A DNA stretch of 59,145 nucleotides, from NCBI GenBank assembly GCA_041594435.1, contig JBFHME010000003.1, positions 1-59,145 on the forward strand, written 5' to 3'. Position numbers and translations under genes: made by a program. Every line of letters starts with the position of its first letter. Position 1 is the first letter of the stretch. Under the pieces are notes generated by a model. That model made no database searches, was not told the DNA's origin, and saw only the letters and a program-made list of their open reading frames with translations. Positions 55,865-59,145 of this stretch are shown piece after piece. Source of the DNA: Acidimicrobiales bacterium. Its GTDB lineage: Bacteria; Actinomycetota; Acidimicrobiia; Acidimicrobiales; SZUA-35.

Positions 55865-57421
55865 TCAGACCTCGAAGCGGATGCCCTGAGCCAGCGGCAG
55901 TTCACGCGAATAGTTGATGGTCTGGGTCTGACGCCGCATGTATCCCTTCCAGGCGTCGGAGCCGGACTCCCGCCCGCCCCCGGTCTCTTTTTCGCCGCCG
56001 AACGCCCCGCCGATCTCGGCGCCGGAGGGACCGATGTTGACGTTCGCGATCCCGCAGTCGGATCCGGTGGCGGACAGGAAGCGCTCGGTCTCCCGCACGT
56101 CGGTGGAGAAGATGCACGACGACAGGCCCTGGGGCACGTCGTTCTGGATGGCGATGGCCTCGTCGAGCGAGGAATACGGCATCACGTAGAGAATCGGTGC
56201 GAACGTCTCCTCCCGGGTCAGCTCCGTCGGGCGGTCGAGTTCGACGATGGCCGGCGTCACGTAGTAGGCGTCGGGGTGGACGTCGGCCATCACCCGCTCG
56301 CCACCGAAGATCGCGGCGCCGTCACTCCGGGCCCGATCGAGGGCGGCGACCAGGGCGGCGTGGGCCTGACCGTCGATCAGTGGTCCGACGAGCGTCGATT
56401 CCTCGAGCGGATCGCCGATCGGCAGGCCGGCGTAGACCTTCTTCAACCGATCGACGATGTCGGCCCGCACGTCTTCGTGCACGATGAGCCGGCGCAACGT
56501 GGTGCACCGCTGACCGGCCGTTCCGACGGCCGAGAAGACGATGGCCCGTAGTGCCATGTCGAGATCCGCGGAGGGGGCGACGATCATCGCGTTGTTGCCG
56601 CCGAGTTCGAGGATGCAACGGCCGAACCGCTCGGCCATCGCAGCCGAGACCTTGCGGCCCATGGCGGTCGACCCGGTGGCCGACACGATGGCGACGGTCG
56701 GGCTGGCCGTGAGCACCCGGCCGAGTTCGGGGCCGCCGACCAGCACCTGCGACAACGCTTCCGGCGCGCCCCCACCCTCGGCGTTGAAGCGGCTGACGGC
56801 CCGATCGACGATGATCTGGGTGGCCAGTGCGGTGAGCGGCGTCTTCTCCGACGGCTTCCACAGCACCGGGTCGCCGCAGACGAGGGCAAGGGCGGCGTTC
56901 CAACTCCAGGGGGCCACCGGGAAGTTGAAGGCCGTGATGATTCCACACACGCCCATGGGCTGCCACGTCTCGCGCATGTGGTGGCCGGGGCGCTCCGAGG
57001 CGATGGTCAGGCCGTAGAGCTGGCGCGACACACCGACCGCGAAGTCGCAGATGTCGATCATCTCCTGGACCTCGCCCAAGCCCTCCTGGAGGATCTTGCC
57101 GCATTCGAGCGAGACGAGCCGCCCCAGTTCGTTCTTGGACCTCCGCAGCTCGTCGCCGATCAGACGGACCAACTCCCCCCGTCGGGGTGCCGGCACGGCC
57201 CGCCACCGGGCGAACGCCTCGGCGGCCGCCGCGACCATCGCCTCGGCATCGTCGGCCGAATGGGTGGCGAGGGTGGCCAGGAGCGAGCCGTCGATCGGGG
57301 TCCGGACCTCGAGCCCGCCGGTTGCGCCGTCCCCGGCCGTCAGTACATCGGTGGTCAGGCCCGCAGCATTCAGGACCGAGGTGGCATCAGAAGCGGCATG
57401 AGCCGTGGTTGCAGCAGTCAT
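55865..57421 (-). CDS. ALDH7-type aldehyde dehydrogenase (piperideine-6-carboxylate / alpha-aminoadipic semialdehyde dehydrogenase-like)
   Basis: GEVQEMIDICDFAVGVSRQLYG, ITAFNFPVA, ELGGNNA and GTAGQRCTT are ALDH7 hallmarks. Confidence 0.88.
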   Translation of the reverse strand: MTAATTAHAASDATSVLNAAGLTTDVLTAGDGATGGLEVRTPIDGSLLATLATHSADDAEAMVAAAAEAFARWRAVPAPRRGELVRLIGDELRRSKNELGRLVSLECGKILQEGLGEVQEMIDICDFAVGVSRQLYGLTIASERPGHHMRETWQPMGVCGIITAFNFPVAPWSWNAALALVCGDPVLWKPSEKTPLTALATQIIVDRAVSRFNAEGGGAPEALSQVLVGGPELGRVLTASPTVAIVSATGSTAMGRKVSAAMAERFGRCILELGGNNAMIVAPSADLDMALRAIVFSAVGTAGQRCTTLRRLIVHEDVRADIVDRLKKVYAGLPIGDPLEESTLVGPLIDGQAHAALVAALDRARSDGAAIFGGERVMADVHPDAYYVTPAIVELDRPTELTREETFAPILYVMPYSSLDEAIAIQNDVPQGLSSCIFSTDVRETERFLSATGSDCGIANVNIGPSGAEIGGAFGGEKETGGGRESGSDAWKGYMRRQTQTINYSRELPLAQGIRFEV

Positions 57422-57424
57422 GTT

Positions 57425-57464
57425 TCAGATGTTACACCAACAACGGATTAGATGTAACATCTGA
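57425..57464. promoter_or_regulatory. Inverted repeat filling the 46-nt divergent intergenic region: two mirror-image promoters for leaderless mRNAs and/or an RpiR operator
   Basis: TCAGATGTTACA-(16 nt)-TGTAACATCTGA. On each strand the arrangement is GTTACA, 18 nt, TAACAT, 7 nt, ATG (plus strand to 57468, minus strand to 57421). Neither side has an SD. Confidence 0.55.
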
Positions 57465-57467
57465 TTC

Positions 57468-58379
57468 ATGCACCCATCGGTGGCGGATTCGACCAACCGG
57501 AACCTGAGCGAGCGGATCGCGTCGGCCGTTCCGTCGCTCACCCCGACCGAACGCCGTCTGGCCCGGCTCGTGCTGGACGATCCGACCACCGTGGCCTTCG
57601 GCACGGTGGCCGACCTTGCCCGCGCTGCCGGCACCAGCGGGCCCAGCGTCGTGCGGTTCGCAACCAAACTCGACTTCGACGGCTATGGCGGGCTGCAGCA
57701 TCACGTTCGGGCATCGCTCACCGAACAGCTCCGACGCCCGACCGATCGGATCCGTCAGGCAGCCGACACCCGATCGAGCGAGGATCCGTCGCAAGGGCCC
57801 GACCAGGCAACCGATCTCCTGGAGCTCGTGAACCGAACCGTCTCCGGCCTCGATCGCGACACCGTCGTCGAGCTCGCCACCATCATCGCCCGGGCGCCGG
57901 CAACGGTCTGGGTTCTGTGCGCCGAGACCTCGGCCACCCCGGGAACGCTGCTGACCGGCAACCTTCGCCTCCTCCGCCCGGGCGTGCGACGCCTCGGACA
58001 CGCCCCCTCGACCGTGGCCTCCCAGTTGGCGGAGGCCGGTGCCGACGACGTCGCCGTTGTCATCGATTTCCCCCGTTACGAATCGGCGATCGTTGCCGCG
58101 GCCACCGAGCTGGACGCCGCCGGCGTTACCCTCATCGCGATCACCGACGGTCCGTTCTCTCCGCTCGCCTCCATGGCCGACACGTGGCTGGCCGTCGACG
58201 TCGCCGCCGTCGGCCCGTTCGACAGCGTTCTGGGAGTCGTGGCCGTCATCGAACTCCTGATCGCAGAGACCGCCCGTCTGCTTCGGGATCAGGCCACCGA
58301 TCGGCTCGACCGGATCGAGCGCCTGTGGACCGACGGTCGGGTGTTCGACGAGACATCCCATGCGAGGATCACGTCGTGA
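57468..58379 (+). CDS. MurR/RpiR family transcriptional regulator (HTH_6 plus SIS domain)
   Basis: LTPTERRLARLVLDDPTTVAFGTVADLARAAGTSGPSVVRFATKLDFDGYGGLQ, followed by an SIS fold. Confidence 0.88.
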   Translation: MHPSVADSTNRNLSERIASAVPSLTPTERRLARLVLDDPTTVAFGTVADLARAAGTSGPSVVRFATKLDFDGYGGLQHHVRASLTEQLRRPTDRIRQAADTRSSEDPSQGPDQATDLLELVNRTVSGLDRDTVVELATIIARAPATVWVLCAETSATPGTLLTGNLRLLRPGVRRLGHAPSTVASQLAEAGADDVAVVIDFPRYESAIVAAATELDAAGVTLIAITDGPFSPLASMADTWLAVDVAAVGPFDSVLGVVAVIELLIAETARLLRDQATDRLDRIERLWTDGRVFDETSHARITS

Positions 58380-59145
58380 ACGCTCCATCGAACCAATACG
58401 GCGGCGTCGATCTGCCGGCCGACCTCGACCGACTCGAGCTCGCCCTCCTGCTGGCCGTCGGGGAGCTGAAGCCCGAGGCTCGCCCGGCGGTGGCGACGTC
58501 GAAGCAGGGATCGGCCGGAGCGATCGACGCCGGTCTGGCCGCCGAACTGTTCGAGGCCCAGGTCGAGTCGAGGCTCGTCGATCACGTTGCCCGCTGGCTG
58601 CGAGCTGAGCACGGACTCGGCTACTACACCATCGGTTCGGCCGGGCACGAGTCGAACGCCGCCGTTGCGCTGAGCCTTCGCCCCACCGACCCGGCACTCC
58701 TCCACTATCGATCCGGCGGTTTCTACTTCGCCCGGGCCACCCAGGTGGCCGGCCAGAATCCGGTCGACGACACCCTCCGGGGCATGCTGGCCCGCACCAC
58801 CGACCAGATATCCGGTGGGCGGCACAAGGTGTGGGGCAGCAAGGCGCTCAACATCATCCCGCAGACCTCCACCATTGCGTCCCACCTTCCCCGAGCCGTC
58901 GGCCTGGCCGTTTCGATCGGCTGGGGTGGATCGGGAACCTGGCCCGACGATGCGATCGTCGTATGCTCGCTCGGCGACGCCTCACTCAATCACTCGACCG
59001 CCCAGGGGGCACTCAACTGGGCCTCGCACGCCTCGGAGCTGGGGCGTCCGGTTCCGATTCTGTTCGTGTGCGAGGACAACGGCCTCGGCATCAGCGTGCC
59101 AACACCAACGGGGTGGGTCGAATCGTCGACCCGCGACCGTCCCGG
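58376..59145 (+). CDS. Thiamine-diphosphate-dependent 2-oxoacid dehydrogenase E1 component (alpha-type N-terminal part), 3'-truncated by the window edge
   Basis: Translated by hand and not present in the ORF track because no stop is reached. GTG 58376 overlaps the rpiR TGA. YYTIGSAGHESNAA...SLGDASLNHSTAQGALNWAS...PILFVCEDNGLGISVPT is a TPP-binding E1 pattern. Confidence 0.78.
   Translation, partial: MNAPSNQYGGVDLPADLDRLELALLLAVGELKPEARPAVATSKQGSAGAIDAGLAAELFEAQVESRLVDHVARWLRAEHGLGYYTIGSAGHESNAAVALSLRPTDPALLHYRSGGFYFARATQVAGQNPVDDTLRGMLARTTDQISGGRHKVWGSKALNIIPQTSTIASHLPRAVGLAVSIGWGGSGTWPDDAIVVCSLGDASLNHSTAQGALNWASHASELGRPVPILFVCEDNGLGISVPTPTGWVESSTRDRP

Noticed and set aside
1-59145. tRNA, rRNA, tmRNA, IS elements, integrases or prophage genes.
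   Set aside because: I inspected every intergenic gap longer than 40 nt. None has a cloverleaf-like GTTCGAATC/T-loop signature or rRNA-like sequence. No ORF resembles a transposase, recombinase or phage structural protein.

Overview
High-GC, actinobacterial-type chromosomal segment. GTG starts, 4-nt start/stop overlaps and a sucCD...pcrA neighbourhood fit Actinomycetota, but the taxon cannot be fixed from the sequence alone. I call about 50 protein genes. I saw no rRNA, tRNA, CRISPR array, transposase or integrase. From left to right: a DUF559 endonuclease-like gene bracketed by two related hairpins; sucD-sucC; a metallophosphoesterase; a 4-gene peptide/nickel-type ABC importer; a HAD-VOC fusion; a PadR-NfeD-flotillin operon; surE; two tandem zinc-ribbon membrane paralogs downstream of pcrA; a TetR gene divergent from a carotenoid-oxygenase gene across a perfect AT-rich palindrome; a YiiX-like amidase; a cation-chloride-cotransporter-like permease; a polyamine module (FAD oxidase, then divergently C45 Ntn-hydrolase, GNAT, potABCD). 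The main accessory region is a roughly 17 kb, 13-gene, single-strand, translationally coupled Wzx/Wzy-type glycan operon (34553-51401). It encodes an amino-uronic-sugar trio, a GT4, a Wzz-like protein, a Wzy-like protein, a beta-helix lipoprotein, a PglC-like priming transferase, two SDR enzymes, a flippase and two FemAB-type transferases. A SARP regulator coupled to a CapK/PaaK-like adenylating enzyme is transcribed divergently from it. The right end carries a lysine-to-aminoadipate pair (LysDH-like plus ALDH7-like) divergent from RpiR and a TPP-dependent E1. The E1 ORF is open at the window edge and absent from the ORF track. The best candidate for something new is the glycan locus. It makes a 3-amino uronic sugar but has no WbpD-type acetyltransferase; instead it has two FemAB-fold enzymes and a CapK-like ligase. 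All functional calls come from recognising the translated sequences by eye; no database search was run.
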